Shown: positions 31,291 through 42,183, counted from the first letter of the stretch. The stretch: DNA of 64,000 nt from an uncultured delta proteobacterium (GCA_963823335.1 CAWGLD010000001.1:416001-480000), one strand, 5' to 3'. A program made the numbers and translations. Notes: generated by a model from the sequence alone, not told the origin.

Positions 31291-32103
31291 CTAGCTGTTT
31301 TTAAACACGGGCTTCCGTTTTTCCAGAAACGCCCTCTGGCCTTCCACGAGGTCGGCACTCTCCAGGGATGCCTGCACAAGCTTTTTGGCCTCAGCCTGCT
31401 GTCGGGCATCCAGGCGGCCGGATGCTGATATCAGATTGAGGATACGCTTGATGCCCCTGAGAGACAACGGGGCATTGGCGGCGATCTCTTCTGCCAGCGC
31501 ATAGGTAAAAACAGCCAGTTCGTCCCGGGGCAGAACATAATCCACCAGACCCATCTCTTTCAGACGATCTGTTTTGTAGCGCCGGGCCGTAAAGAACATC
31601 TCCTTGGTCCGGGGCAACCCGATAGCCCGCACAAACCGCTCGAGACCCTCGGGAAAATAAACCATTCCCAGGCGGGCCGGTACCATCCCCATCTGCACGT
31701 GATCTGCGGCAATACGCATATCACAAGCCACCGCCAGATCGCAGGCACCGCCGAATGCAAATCCGTTCAGCATGGCAATCACGGGATAGGGATAGTCGAC
31801 AATGCTCTTGACGGCCAGTTCAAAGGGGCTTCTGTTTTGCAGCAGTTTTTGTACTTCCGGGGACCCACCCGCTGGAATGGCTTTGATGTCGTACCCCGAT
31901 GAAAAAGCCTTGTGGCCCGCCCCCCGAAGAATCACCACCCGAATACGATCTTCGGATGCGTGTCTTTGCAGCACCTGGTAGAGTTGAACCAGCATCTCCG
32001 GCGTCATGGCATTGCGCTTTTCCGGACGGTTGAGGGTCAAGGTGAGGATACCGTCGTTTTCCTCGGTCAATAATTGATTCTGTTGGTCCATAGTTATCCC
32101 CAT
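31291..32103 (-). CDS. Enoyl-CoA hydratase/isomerase family protein
   Basis: LTLNRPEKRNA, AFSSGYDI, NGFAFGG and AFLEKRKP; start uncertain (32091 or 32103). Confidence 0.9.
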   Translation of the reverse strand: MGITMDQQNQLLTEENDGILTLTLNRPEKRNAMTPEMLVQLYQVLQRHASEDRIRVVILRGAGHKAFSSGYDIKAIPAGGSPEVQKLLQNRSPFELAVKSIVDYPYPVIAMLNGFAFGGACDLAVACDMRIAADHVQMGMVPARLGMVYFPEGLERFVRAIGLPRTKEMFFTARRYKTDRLKEMGLVDYVLPRDELAVFTYALAEEIAANAPLSLRGIKRILNLISASGRLDARQQAEAKKLVQASLESADLVEGQRAFLEKRKPVFKNS

Positions 32104-32370
32104 ATCCAGGAGGTACGAAAAAAGAAGGAACATCGAACATCCAACGTCCAACATCGAATGTTGAATTGGATATCTGAAGAAACAGGCCTCGGCATTGAAA
32201 TTTTCCCATTAAGGCTTGCTAACGAGAAGTCCTGAAGCTCAATAGGAGCCCTCAGGCTGAACCGCTAGGGGAATGGACACATTGTCTCACTTCAATGCTC
32301 TTTTCATTCGATGTTCGATGTTGGACGTTCATCTTTAACGTATTATTTATATTTTTCTTTTATGGATACT

Positions 32371-33426
32371 TCATGAAACATCCGTACTGATGAGGTTCCA
32401 GCCTGCATCTGAAAGAAATTGCACCAAAATACCGAAGCTTTGAGCATCGGCTGCGCTGGCGTTTCCGTCGAGACCACGTTTGTATACGCCCTGGACGATG
32501 GCCGCAAGACGAAACATGCTGAAAGCCATGAAAAATGACCAGCTGGGAATATCCCTGCGTTGTATACGTTCGCAATAGGCCGCTGTATAAACATCCTCGG
32601 TGGGGATCCCAGTTGCCTGAAAATCAACATCGGATATTCCAAAAGCATTACCGCCCATGGAAGGCAGGTAATAGCCCATGCAGTTGTAGGCCAGATCGGC
32701 AAGAGGATGCCCCAGCGTGGAGAGCTCCCAGTCGAGAACTGCCACCACTTTAGACTCAGTCGGGTGAAGAATCATGTTTTCAAGCCGGAAATCGCCATGC
32801 ACAATGGTAGTACGGTCGTCATCCGGTATGTTCTGTGGCAGCCATTCCATCAAATTATCCATGCTTTGGATGGGGTCTGTTTTGGATGCCATATATTGTT
32901 TAGACCACTTGCCCACTTGTCTGGTCATGTAGTTGCCTGGCTTGCCATAGTTTCCCAAGCCCATGGCCTGCCAATCCACTTTGTGGATCCGGGTCAGCGT
33001 CTCGTTCATGGCATCGTAGATAGCGAAGCGTTTGCGACGCGTCATATCCGGAAGGGCCGGATTCCGAAAGATGCGGCCCTCCACGTGTTCCATGATGTAG
33101 AACGGGGTACCGATAATAGCAGCATCTTTACAGAGCAGAACCATCTTTGGCACCGGCACATCCGTCTTTTCCAGAGCCTTTAGGATGCGGTATTCGCGCT
33201 CTACGGCATGGGCCGACGGCAACAGGTTACCGGGTGGCTTTTTCCTGAGCACATAGGTCCTGTTGCGATCGCTCATAAGATAGGTCGGGTTGGATTGGCC
33301 AAAGCTGAACTGCTGAATCACAAGCTTGTCCGAAATATCCATTTTACCCTGAAGGTAGGATACCAGCGCCGGCATATCCAGTTTGTGAGCTTCCCTGACC
33401 TCTCTGATTTCGTCGGTTGGTTTCAT
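32371..33426 (-). CDS. APH-family phosphotransferase (ACAD10/11-like kinase domain)
   Basis: GQSNPTY, LRKKPPG, SAHAVEREY, HGDFRLEN and LDWELSTLG. Confidence 0.9.
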   Translation of the reverse strand: MKPTDEIREVREAHKLDMPALVSYLQGKMDISDKLVIQQFSFGQSNPTYLMSDRNRTYVLRKKPPGNLLPSAHAVEREYRILKALEKTDVPVPKMVLLCKDAAIIGTPFYIMEHVEGRIFRNPALPDMTRRKRFAIYDAMNETLTRIHKVDWQAMGLGNYGKPGNYMTRQVGKWSKQYMASKTDPIQSMDNLMEWLPQNIPDDDRTTIVHGDFRLENMILHPTESKVVAVLDWELSTLGHPLADLAYNCMGYYLPSMGGNAFGISDVDFQATGIPTEDVYTAAYCERIQRRDIPSWSFFMAFSMFRLAAIVQGVYKRGLDGNASAADAQSFGILVQFLSDAGWNLISTDVS

Positions 33427-33642
33427 GGTCAAATGATATATTCGCCCGGCTGCCTGCCTGTCAAGGGCAAACACTTCTCTTTATTGTTGACTTCGCGGTT
33501 CCAATCGGCATAAGGCTCAACATCTTTAAAGCGCAAGAAACGGGTTAATATCAGTCACTCATGAACAACGCAAGAAACACAACAAACACAAAGAACCCAA
33601 CAAACAGTGGTTCCCTCGAACCCTTTATTTAAAGGAATAGCG

Positions 33643-35043
33643 ATGAACTTTTTTTTCAATCCCCAGGGTATTGCCATAATCGGCGCCACTGCCAACCCTC
33701 TCAAAGGCGGATACAACCTCCTGAAAAACATTGTCACCGGATACAAGGGGGGTATTTACCCTGTCAATCCGAAGTACAACGAAATCGAAGGTCATACCTG
33801 TTATGATTCAGTACAGAACGTCCCGGATCCGGTAGACCTGGCCATTGTCTTTGTACCGGCCCGGATCGCCGTGCAGGCGGTAAAAGACTGTGCCCAACGC
33901 GGCATCAAGGGTGTCATGATCCAATCAGCCGGTTTTGCCGAAACCGGCCCCATGGGTCAATCGCTCCAGGACGAACTGCTCAAGATCAGGGAAGAGACCG
34001 GCATAAGGCTCTGGGGGCCCAACTGTATGGGACTCGTGGATGCTGTGAATCGCCATGTGTTTTCCTTTGTTCTCCCCGGTATCTGGGATGACGGCATGAT
34101 GCCCGGTGATGTCTCTCTCATCGTCCAGAGCGGCATGCTCTCGGCCGGTTTTCTTATCGATACGGTATCCCACGGAACCATGGGCATCAGCAAAGCCTGT
34201 TCCATCGGCAACAAGACCGATGTGAACGAATGTGACCTCCTGGAATACCTTATTGCGGACCCGGACACCAAGGCTATCGGCGCTTACCTGGAGTCGATTA
34301 CTAACGGCAAACGCTTTCTTAAGGCCTGCAGAAGTACTAACAAACCCATTGTCATTCTCAAGGGGGGCAAGAGTGAAAAAGGGGCCAGGGCTGCCATGAG
34401 CCACACATCCAGTTTGGCTGGAGATGCCGCTGTTATTAGCGGTGCCCTGGCCCAGGCCCATGTGACCGAGGCCAACGATTTTCAGCAGATGCTGGATCTC
34501 TGCCGAACCCGGGCCATGTATGCACACCTAAAAAAGCCTGGTAAGGGGCGTACTGCTATCTTGACCTACAGCGGTGGCGCCGGGATCGTATCCGCGGACT
34601 TCATGGATCAGATGGGGCTGGAACTGGCGGACCTCTCCCCCAAAACATTTCAAAAACTTGGGGAGATCTTTCCAGAATGGATGCCACCATCGAACCCGGT
34701 GGATATGTGGCCGGCCATTGAAAAAAATGGCGCGGAAAAGGTCTACGAAACCGCTTTCGAGGCTGTTTTTTGCGATCCGAATGTCGATGCTGTTCTTTTC
34801 CACGTCTTTATCGGTGGCATCATCGCCACCCTGGACATCTCTCCTCTGGTGGACATCGCCCGCAAACATGACAAACCGCTTTTTGTGTGGTTGCTCGGAA
34901 AACGCGAGGAAGCTCTCAAATTTCAGCTGCACGTTCAGAACCTGGGTGTTCCCGTCTACCGGGAACTTCGCCGTGCCGTGGAATGCATGTCAGCTCTATT
35001 TGCGGGGTACCCCACAAATAGAACTGACAGCCATAAGCTCTAA
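33643..35043 (+). CDS. ADP-forming acyl-CoA synthetase, alpha-type (CoA-binding) subunit
   Basis: IAIIGA, SAGFAE, GPNCMG, QSG, GNK.DV and SHTSSLAG (phospho-His); no ATP-grasp domain. Confidence 0.88.
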   Translation: MNFFFNPQGIAIIGATANPLKGGYNLLKNIVTGYKGGIYPVNPKYNEIEGHTCYDSVQNVPDPVDLAIVFVPARIAVQAVKDCAQRGIKGVMIQSAGFAETGPMGQSLQDELLKIREETGIRLWGPNCMGLVDAVNRHVFSFVLPGIWDDGMMPGDVSLIVQSGMLSAGFLIDTVSHGTMGISKACSIGNKTDVNECDLLEYLIADPDTKAIGAYLESITNGKRFLKACRSTNKPIVILKGGKSEKGARAAMSHTSSLAGDAAVISGALAQAHVTEANDFQQMLDLCRTRAMYAHLKKPGKGRTAILTYSGGAGIVSADFMDQMGLELADLSPKTFQKLGEIFPEWMPPSNPVDMWPAIEKNGAEKVYETAFEAVFCDPNVDAVLFHVFIGGIIATLDISPLVDIARKHDKPLFVWLLGKREEALKFQLHVQNLGVPVYRELRRAVECMSALFAGYPTNRTDSHKL

Positions 35044-35182
35044 GCATTTACTGGTGGTCGATTACACAGATTTCAGGGAAACACCATTTTATGTCCGGCA
35101 AACCATTCGCATGATTGAGTTCATGGCCGGTCGCCGGCATTTTGGCAACTTTCGCACATATCATCGTACCGGTGAATTGATT

Positions 35183-37105
35183 TTAAATCTTCAGGGCTGC
35201 TTCTTCTGCTTCAAAGACAGCTTCCATTGCATCCCTCGGAACCCTGGCATCACCAATCACCTGCAGGTTTTGACAATACGTTTTTATTTGCCGAACCATT
35301 TCAGCATTAGATTTTGAGCCAACCGAGGAAACAATTTGATCAAAACAATCCAACTCCCCGGGACCGTCGGGGCCTTCGGTCAACAGGCATTCATTTTTGA
35401 AGCAAACAGCTTTCGTAGAAGTTAATATGGAGACACCCTGATCTGAAAGCTTCTGTGTTAGAAAGGATCGAATGGCAGGATGCATATCGATTCCGATGCC
35501 TTCTCTCAACTCCATAATGGTAACGTTTTTTCCCTTCTCCGACAGGTAATCAGCTATCTCAACACCGGTATCGCCACCACCCAAGACCAAGATATCCTGT
35601 GCCACCTCAACTTCATTGTTGAGAATCTGATCGTCTGTTATAACATCGGCTCCCTGGCAGAAATCGGGTATGATCGTTCTGGCCCCCGTGGCCAAAATAA
35701 CAGCGTCCGGGGACTCTTTCTGAAGTAAATTAGGATCAAAGGGCTTTCCCTTGTTGACCGTCACATCCAATTTCTCTATCTGCGAACTCAGATAGTCCGT
35801 GAATTCCTGCAGACATTTTTTCCCGGGAGGCAAAGCAGCCAAACGAAACCGTCCCCCCAGCGTGTTCTGTTTCTCAAATAGTGTCACTGCATGCCCGCGA
35901 AGGGCTGCAACCTGAGCCGCTTTCATGCCGGCTGGCCCGGCCCCGATAATCCAGACATTTTTTGGATGCGCAACCTTATTTTCAATCTTCAGCCAGGTTT
36001 CCCGACTCACTTCCGGATTAACCGTACAGCGCAGGCTACCGACTTTGACGAGACTTAACGAACACCGGTTGCATGAAATACAGGGGACTATCTTTTCAAA
36101 TTGCCCCGCCCTGGCTTTGTTTGGCATGTGCGGGTCGGCAATCAGGGCCCGTCCCATGGACACCAGATCTGCTTTCCCACTGGCGATAATCTCTTCAGCC
36201 ATCTTGGGGTTGCGAATTCTACCGACAGTAATTACCGGGATGTCAACAACGGACTTGATACCCGCAGCCAGGTGCACAAATGTTCCTTCTTGCATGTAAT
36301 AATGGGGAATCATGGGAAATGGCGATGAAGACATGCAGGCGGAGACATGGATGACATCGGCCCCGTTTTTCTCCAGGGCCTGGGCAACCTGCTGAGTGTC
36401 AGCCAGCCCCAGTCCACCATCCAGGTACTCATCACCGCTGATACGGCAACTGATGGGAAAATCTTTTCCCACCGTCTTTCGAACCGCCCGCAATGTTTCC
36501 AGAGGCACTTTCATCCTGTTCTCAAAGCTACCGCCAAATTCATCATCACGCTTGTTAACAACAGGGGAAAGAAATTGATTGAGCAGGTACCCATGGGCCA
36601 TGTGGATCTCTACACCGTCAGCTCCCGCGGTCTTCACACGCCCGGCAGCTTTGGCGAAAGCCGCGATCAGCTCCTGAATTTCCATGACCGTCAGGGCTCT
36701 GGGCGTTTCTTCACGCAAGGGGCAGCGCACGGCTGAAGCAGACACGATAGGGAGCCCCGTTGTCTGGGAGGCTGTTTGGCGCCCGGCATGATTGATCTGG
36801 ATAAAAACCTTTCCATCTTCGGCGTGAATGGCATTCACGAGTTTGCGAAAGCCCGGTACGTGATCATCCGTACTTATCATCAGCATGGTGGGAAAGGCCC
36901 GGCCATCGATGCGAACGGCCGTGTGCTCGATGGTAAGATAGCCGGCCCCGCCGCGGGCACGCTCCAGATAATAGGCAATAACATCATCGGTAACATGCCC
37001 ATCGCCGTCACCAAAATTGGTTGCCATGGGCGGCAGAACAATGCGGTTATCGATTACCAGCTGGTTGATCTTTATGGGGCTGAAAAGATTAGGCAAAGAA
37101 TTCAT
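35183..37105 (-). CDS. OYE-like FMN/Fe-S/FAD oxidoreductase (DCR/BaiH-type), paralog 1
   Basis: HMAHGYL, NKRDDEFGG, CISCNRC-x11-C and GAGPAG. Confidence 0.93.
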   Translation of the reverse strand: MNSLPNLFSPIKINQLVIDNRIVLPPMATNFGDGDGHVTDDVIAYYLERARGGAGYLTIEHTAVRIDGRAFPTMLMISTDDHVPGFRKLVNAIHAEDGKVFIQINHAGRQTASQTTGLPIVSASAVRCPLREETPRALTVMEIQELIAAFAKAAGRVKTAGADGVEIHMAHGYLLNQFLSPVVNKRDDEFGGSFENRMKVPLETLRAVRKTVGKDFPISCRISGDEYLDGGLGLADTQQVAQALEKNGADVIHVSACMSSSPFPMIPHYYMQEGTFVHLAAGIKSVVDIPVITVGRIRNPKMAEEIIASGKADLVSMGRALIADPHMPNKARAGQFEKIVPCISCNRCSLSLVKVGSLRCTVNPEVSRETWLKIENKVAHPKNVWIIGAGPAGMKAAQVAALRGHAVTLFEKQNTLGGRFRLAALPPGKKCLQEFTDYLSSQIEKLDVTVNKGKPFDPNLLQKESPDAVILATGARTIIPDFCQGADVITDDQILNNEVEVAQDILVLGGGDTGVEIADYLSEKGKNVTIMELREGIGIDMHPAIRSFLTQKLSDQGVSILTSTKAVCFKNECLLTEGPDGPGELDCFDQIVSSVGSKSNAEMVRQIKTYCQNLQVIGDARVPRDAMEAVFEAEEAALKI

Positions 37106-38223
37106 GAATCGTTTCCTCCATCCTTAGACTTTAAAAATTGTTCACCCAGTATATCACGATCATATCCCAGAAAAACAGTCTCGCCCGGCATCAGTTTATA
37201 AAATCCGATTTCAGGGTTCATGCGATCGCCATATGGGTCAAACGTTATCTGCCCGGTGATTCCAGGAAAGTTTTTTGTTTTGGTGACCATCGACAAAACC
37301 GACTGCCGCGTCAGCTGTTTAGCGCTTGCCATGGCATGTATCATCACATTGGCGGCATCATAGGCTTCGGCCGAGTAAACCGAATATGTCTGTCCATATC
37401 GATCCTCGAATGCCTTTTTAAACACATGTGCGGAGGCTTTCACATCAAGATCCGTACTGGCATTGGAATAGTAGGGTCCCTTTACAACAGATTGACGTGT
37501 CTCCAGATAGCGTGATGATTTGAGCCCGTCTGTGCCGAAAAAAATCGAGCGGACGCCGGCGGAACGTAGCTGGGGTGCAAGTTGTAGCCCCTCTTCTTCG
37601 ATGACCCCGAAAAAAATAAGGTCAGGCTGACAGGAGGCCATTTCATCTGCCACATCGGTAAAGTCATGTTGACCCCGCTGAATCTCCTTAGAAGATATGA
37701 TCTCGGCACCCAAAATCTCGGCCCGTTTCATAAAAACCTCAGATAGTGGTTTTCCAAATGAGGATCCATCGTGAATGACACCGATTTTATTTTTTTTCAG
37801 ATGGGACACGACGAATTCAGCGGCACGGGCACCTTGAAAGCTATCGTGACCAACAACCCGGAAAAATGAACGGTATCCCAAACGGGTCAGCTGCGGATTG
37901 GACGCCGCCGGGGAAATATGGACAAGATCGGCTCTTTGGTACAGGGGGGCCGCGGCAAAAACAGCATTGCTGTTCATTGGCCCCACGACACCCAAAAGTT
38001 TATCATCGCAAATAAAGCGACGAGCGATGTCAGCTGCTGCCCCACGCTCGTCACGGTCGTTTCCTACTACCAGTTCCAGACCACCCCTTATAAGCCCTTT
38101 TGTGTTGGCCTGCTCAACAGCAATTGACACGGCCTGAACGATCGCCCGTCCATGAATTTCTTCATGTCCGCTAAGAACAACCGAGCAACCTATTTTTACC
38201 GGGTCATTTATCATGCGTTTCAT
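37102..38223 (-). CDS. LivJ/K-type substrate-binding protein, no evident signal peptide
   Basis: VVGPMNS, ISPAASNPQLT, FFRVV, AEAYDA and FPGITGQITFD. Confidence 0.85.
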   Translation of the reverse strand: MKRMINDPVKIGCSVVLSGHEEIHGRAIVQAVSIAVEQANTKGLIRGGLELVVGNDRDERGAAADIARRFICDDKLLGVVGPMNSNAVFAAAPLYQRADLVHISPAASNPQLTRLGYRSFFRVVGHDSFQGARAAEFVVSHLKKNKIGVIHDGSSFGKPLSEVFMKRAEILGAEIISSKEIQRGQHDFTDVADEMASCQPDLIFFGVIEEEGLQLAPQLRSAGVRSIFFGTDGLKSSRYLETRQSVVKGPYYSNASTDLDVKASAHVFKKAFEDRYGQTYSVYSAEAYDAANVMIHAMASAKQLTRQSVLSMVTKTKNFPGITGQITFDPYGDRMNPEIGFYKLMPGETVFLGYDRDILGEQFLKSKDGGNDS

Positions 38224-38251
38224 TTCGCTTCATCAAATCTAAAAAGGAGCA

Positions 38252-38393
38252 TTGAAGAACCTCGCAGCAAGCTACGAGGAATCTTCGACCGTAAGGAATT
38301 CTGTCTAATTTAGATGCGCTCGCTAACCCCGCAGCATGCGAAGCACTGCCGAACGGCAGAACCTACAGGGAATGCGCTCGCTGTTGCGGTTCA
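38252..38393. repeat. Palindromic repeat, family B (long form)
   Basis: Matches 31014-31180. Confidence 0.85.
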
Positions 38394-38420
38394 GACGATT
38401 CCAGCCCTTCCCAACAATTC

Positions 38421-39182
38421 TTACCAAATGGAAAAGCCACCTTCGACCTTGATGACTTGTCCGGTGATAAACGATGAATCGTCTGATGCTAAAAACAGGG
38501 CCACACGCGCAATCTCAGACGGCTGTGCAAATCGTTTCATGGGGTATCGATCCGTAAAGAATTTCATCCGTTCCGCCGGATCCTCACAACTGGCAAAAAA
38601 ATTTTCGGCCATCGGTGTCATAACATCACCCGGCGAAATGCAATTAGCCCGAACATCATACTGAGCATAATCATAGGCGATTTGGCGTGTCAGTGCTACG
38701 ATGCCCCCCTTTGACGCAGAGTAAGCAGCCTGATTGGGAGAGGCAACATGTGCCAGAATGGATGCCGTATTGACAATGATGCCGCCACCATCTTCCATCA
38801 TGATAGGAAGACAGAATTTACAGCCCCAGAAAATACCTTTCAAGTTGATATTCAGGGTCCGATCCCATTCCTCCTCGGTTGTTTCCACAACAGACTTGGC
38901 AATATCGATGCCGGCATTGTTGAAAAGAATATCAATCTTACCGTATTCATGGATAGTCCGTGCAACCATGGCCTCCACATCGCTACCCTTGGAAACATCG
39001 GTTTTCACAGAAATGGCTTTATGGCCTTTTTCCCGTATCAATTCAACCGTCTCTTCGGCAGGCCCACTTTCAATATCCACCACCACCACGGACGCGCCTT
39101 CCGCGGCAAACAGAAGCGCCGTGGTTCTGCCAATTCCGGATCCGGAACCGGTGATAATCGCTACCTTGTTTTTTAGCTTCAT
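38421..39182 (-). CDS. Short-chain dehydrogenase/reductase
   Basis: TGSGSGIG, NNAG, YSASK. Confidence 0.95.
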   Translation of the reverse strand: MKLKNKVAIITGSGSGIGRTTALLFAAEGASVVVVDIESGPAEETVELIREKGHKAISVKTDVSKGSDVEAMVARTIHEYGKIDILFNNAGIDIAKSVVETTEEEWDRTLNINLKGIFWGCKFCLPIMMEDGGGIIVNTASILAHVASPNQAAYSASKGGIVALTRQIAYDYAQYDVRANCISPGDVMTPMAENFFASCEDPAERMKFFTDRYPMKRFAQPSEIARVALFLASDDSSFITGQVIKVEGGFSIW

Positions 39183-39494
39183 AACCACGCTCCTGACAAA
39201 GAAAATATTATATGTCAGACGGCCGGGGCATCCTATCACATTTTATTAAATAACGTTCCGGTTGCCCTGAAAAAGGCTTCCATCTTTTTCTAAAAGGACA
39301 TATCAAACCAAGCTTTGGCTTGTGCCCACAGGATGGGTGATGGAACAGGGACGTTGGTAAACGGCGATATGGACGTGCAAGTACCGTCTAACGATCGGGG
39401 GAAATTGACGATCACTTTTTGGCAAGAAACAGTGAAATGAATCAAGACCGGGCCGGCCTTTCGAACAGCCCGGTCTCGATTCTACAAGATTTCG

Positions 39495-40308
39495 TTAATA
39501 GTTTTTTTCACCGCGGATGAAGGCGCCAATCCATTTGTCTTCCAGCGCATCCAGGGTCCCTGCGGCACGATAGTAATCGACCCAGTTAATGACCCAGATC
39601 CACAAGTCCAGATCTTGTTTACGCATGGCCGCATGACCATATTCCTGAGATACAACGATGCTCTTACCGCTGCCATCGGTCATGATCTTGGTGGTTTCCG
39701 CATGCTTGCGCGTGTAGGGCGATGCCATGTACATATCCGTCAGACAAGCGTCCGCCCGTCCTGACTCAACTTCCATAAAGGCCGCCTGCTGATCCGGCAA
39801 AGATCGAACCTGGGCTTTTTGAAAGATCATTTTGGCGGCTTTTTCCGAGGTGGAACCCAGCAAACAGGTGATGGTCCTGTCGGGTGTGTCAATCTCCTTC
39901 AATGAGGTCAGGTTGTTGTTCTTCTGCACGATCAGGACCACATCCGTCTTTTCGAGACGGGGGCTGAAGTTGACGGCCAATGCCCTTTCCGGCGTATTGG
40001 TGTGTCCTGCCCACAGAATATCGACTTTTCCAGACAAAAGCGCCGGAATAAGCGCATCCCATTTCATATCCACGAACACCGGTTTGACGTTCAAGTCCTT
40101 GGCAACCATGGTCGCCACGTCCACGTCGAATCCAATGGGGTTGCCACTTTTATCACGAAATTGCACGGGTGGATATTCAAGTGCTACACCGATTCTGAGC
40201 TCGCCACTTTTCTTAATGTCTTCGAGCGCTCCGGCAAATCCATTACTCCGGAAGAGAAAAAACAAAAACAGCCGATAATACTATTAGAACACTAAACAAT
40301 TTTTTCAT
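39495..40308 (-). CDS. Polar amino-acid ABC substrate-binding protein; signal peptide out of frame at a T-run
   Basis: SBP_bac_3 motifs (GFDVD, WDALIPALLSGKVD, TPERA). ATG 40308 gives MKKLFSVLIVLSAVFVF in another frame from the body (39495-40265). Confidence 0.85.
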
Positions 40309-40345
40309 GATTGGTGCGCCTCCTCGTTGGTTGAAAGATTCCAGG

Positions 40346-41152
40346 TTATTTCGACGTTTCAAAGAAAGTCGGGAGAATAATTTCATCATACATGGCATCC
40401 AGAATACCTCGGACGCGATAGTAGCGAATCCAGTTGTTCAGATACTGGAGAAAGCGATAATCTCCTGGCCGGACAGCATAGGTTCCCCATTCAGCTGAAA
40501 AGGGTTCCTCCGGATTTAAAATCTTGACCTTGGTGGGGTTGTTTGCAACCAAAGGCATACACAGGTATTCCTCGGCCACATGGGCGTCAGCCCGCCCGGA
40601 TGTCACTTCCATCATGGCCTCCTGCTGTTTAAAGCCCACAACTGTCGCATTAGGGAATTTACGTTTGGCGATATTTTCTGCCGTTGATCCCAGAAGCGCG
40701 GTAATTTTCATGCCCTTTTGATTTAAATCCGCTACTGTTTTTGCCTTACTGTTAATAGGTACTACCACCAACTGGCGATAAGGAACATACCCGTCCGAAA
40801 ATTCGAGAGATAGCGCTCTTTCAGGGGTGTTCACCAGCCCACAGGAAATCATATCGAGCTTGTTGGATAGAAGTGCTGGAATCAATCCATCAAATTCCAT
40901 GTCAACAACCTCCAATTTGACCTTCATATCGTCGGCCAGCATTTTCATCAGTTCAACATCGTATCCGGCAGGCTGACCTTGCTTGTCACGATACATTTGT
41001 GGGGGAAATTGTAAAACGGTTCCGATCTTGATAACGCCACGTTTCTTGATTTCGTCCAGCACAGATTCGGCACCTATCACCGAGACTGGAATCACCAGAG
41101 CGCTAACAACAATAGCCGCGACTGCAATTACAAACCATTTACTTTTCTTCAT
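40346..41152 (-). CDS. Polar amino-acid ABC substrate-binding protein
   Basis: Signal peptide; GYDVE, FDGLIPALLSNKLD and TPERA. Confidence 0.93.
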   Translation of the reverse strand: MKKSKWFVIAVAAIVVSALVIPVSVIGAESVLDEIKKRGVIKIGTVLQFPPQMYRDKQGQPAGYDVELMKMLADDMKVKLEVVDMEFDGLIPALLSNKLDMISCGLVNTPERALSLEFSDGYVPYRQLVVVPINSKAKTVADLNQKGMKITALLGSTAENIAKRKFPNATVVGFKQQEAMMEVTSGRADAHVAEEYLCMPLVANNPTKVKILNPEEPFSAEWGTYAVRPGDYRFLQYLNNWIRYYRVRGILDAMYDEIILPTFFETSK

Positions 41153-41230
41153 AGTCTCCTCCTGTTCTTTGCCTGTAATACGGTTTTGCTAAATGATTTC
41201 TCTTCTTTCGTACGCCTCTCCTCTTTTTCG

Positions 41231-41887
41231 TTACTTCATCTTTGCTTCCAGCAATTTGACCAATTGGGAAAAACCCAATGTAAGACCGACATAAAGGAGC
41301 GCCGTCACGGTATAGAATTCAAACGGTCGGAAAGTGAGCGATGTGGCCATTTGAGACTGGCGCATGAGCTCGTTCACACCAATGATGGAGATCAGTGCTG
41401 AATCTTTCAGCATGCCGACAAACATATTGGCGGTCGGGGGGATGATTATTTTAAATGCCTGTGGAAAAATAATTTTTATAAAAGTTCTTGTGGACGAGAA
41501 ACCCAATGAATAGGAAGCTTCCCATTGTCCAACAGGTATGGCCTGAATGCCGGAGCGGTATATTTCAGCTAGGTAGCCACCATGCTGCATGGCCAGACAC
41601 ATAATACCAGCCACCAGAGGCCTGAAGTTGAGTCCGATCACCATGGCAAGCCCATAATAGAGCCAGATGATGAACACAAACAAGGGAATACCGCGAAAAA
41701 ATTCTATATAAGCCTGTCCAACCCAGGACAAAGCTTTTATCTTTGAAAGACGTAACAATGCGACGAGCAAACCGATGATAAGGGCAAAAAACATGGCAAC
41801 AATAGAGACGTACAGTGTCATCCCCAACCCTTTGGCAAGCCATGTCCAATAGGTTTCGAACACGTCAAAATGGAATTGATACTCCAA
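41231..41887 (-). CDS. Polar amino-acid ABC permease (HisM/GlnP family)
   Basis: YIEFFRGIP, AEIYRSGIQAIPVGQWEA and LKDSAL; TTG start after GGAGGA. Confidence 0.93.
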   Translation of the reverse strand: MEYQFHFDVFETYWTWLAKGLGMTLYVSIVAMFFALIIGLLVALLRLSKIKALSWVGQAYIEFFRGIPLFVFIIWLYYGLAMVIGLNFRPLVAGIMCLAMQHGGYLAEIYRSGIQAIPVGQWEASYSLGFSSTRTFIKIIFPQAFKIIIPPTANMFVGMLKDSALISIIGVNELMRQSQMATSLTFRPFEFYTVTALLYVGLTLGFSQLVKLLEAKMK

Positions 41888-42183
41888 ATTTTCCTCCCTT
41901 AAAACAATATAAACACCAAGGGATTGCCATTCATTATCTAGGCGCCCCTATCTTCAGAAGTTAACTAGTTTCTACCGAGAGCGAAAAATCACCATATATC
42001 GTCTCACTTACACCTGTCTCTCTGAACCTGTCAATCGATGGAGAGTCTGAACTGCCGTTTCGGATGGTGACCAATCATCCACCCAATCTATATTAAGTGT
42101 CAATAAAAATTTTGACCCTGAATACAATTTTATAAAGACTGTTCAAAACAATGCCGGGGACTGCTTTCATTACCGCATCCTGA

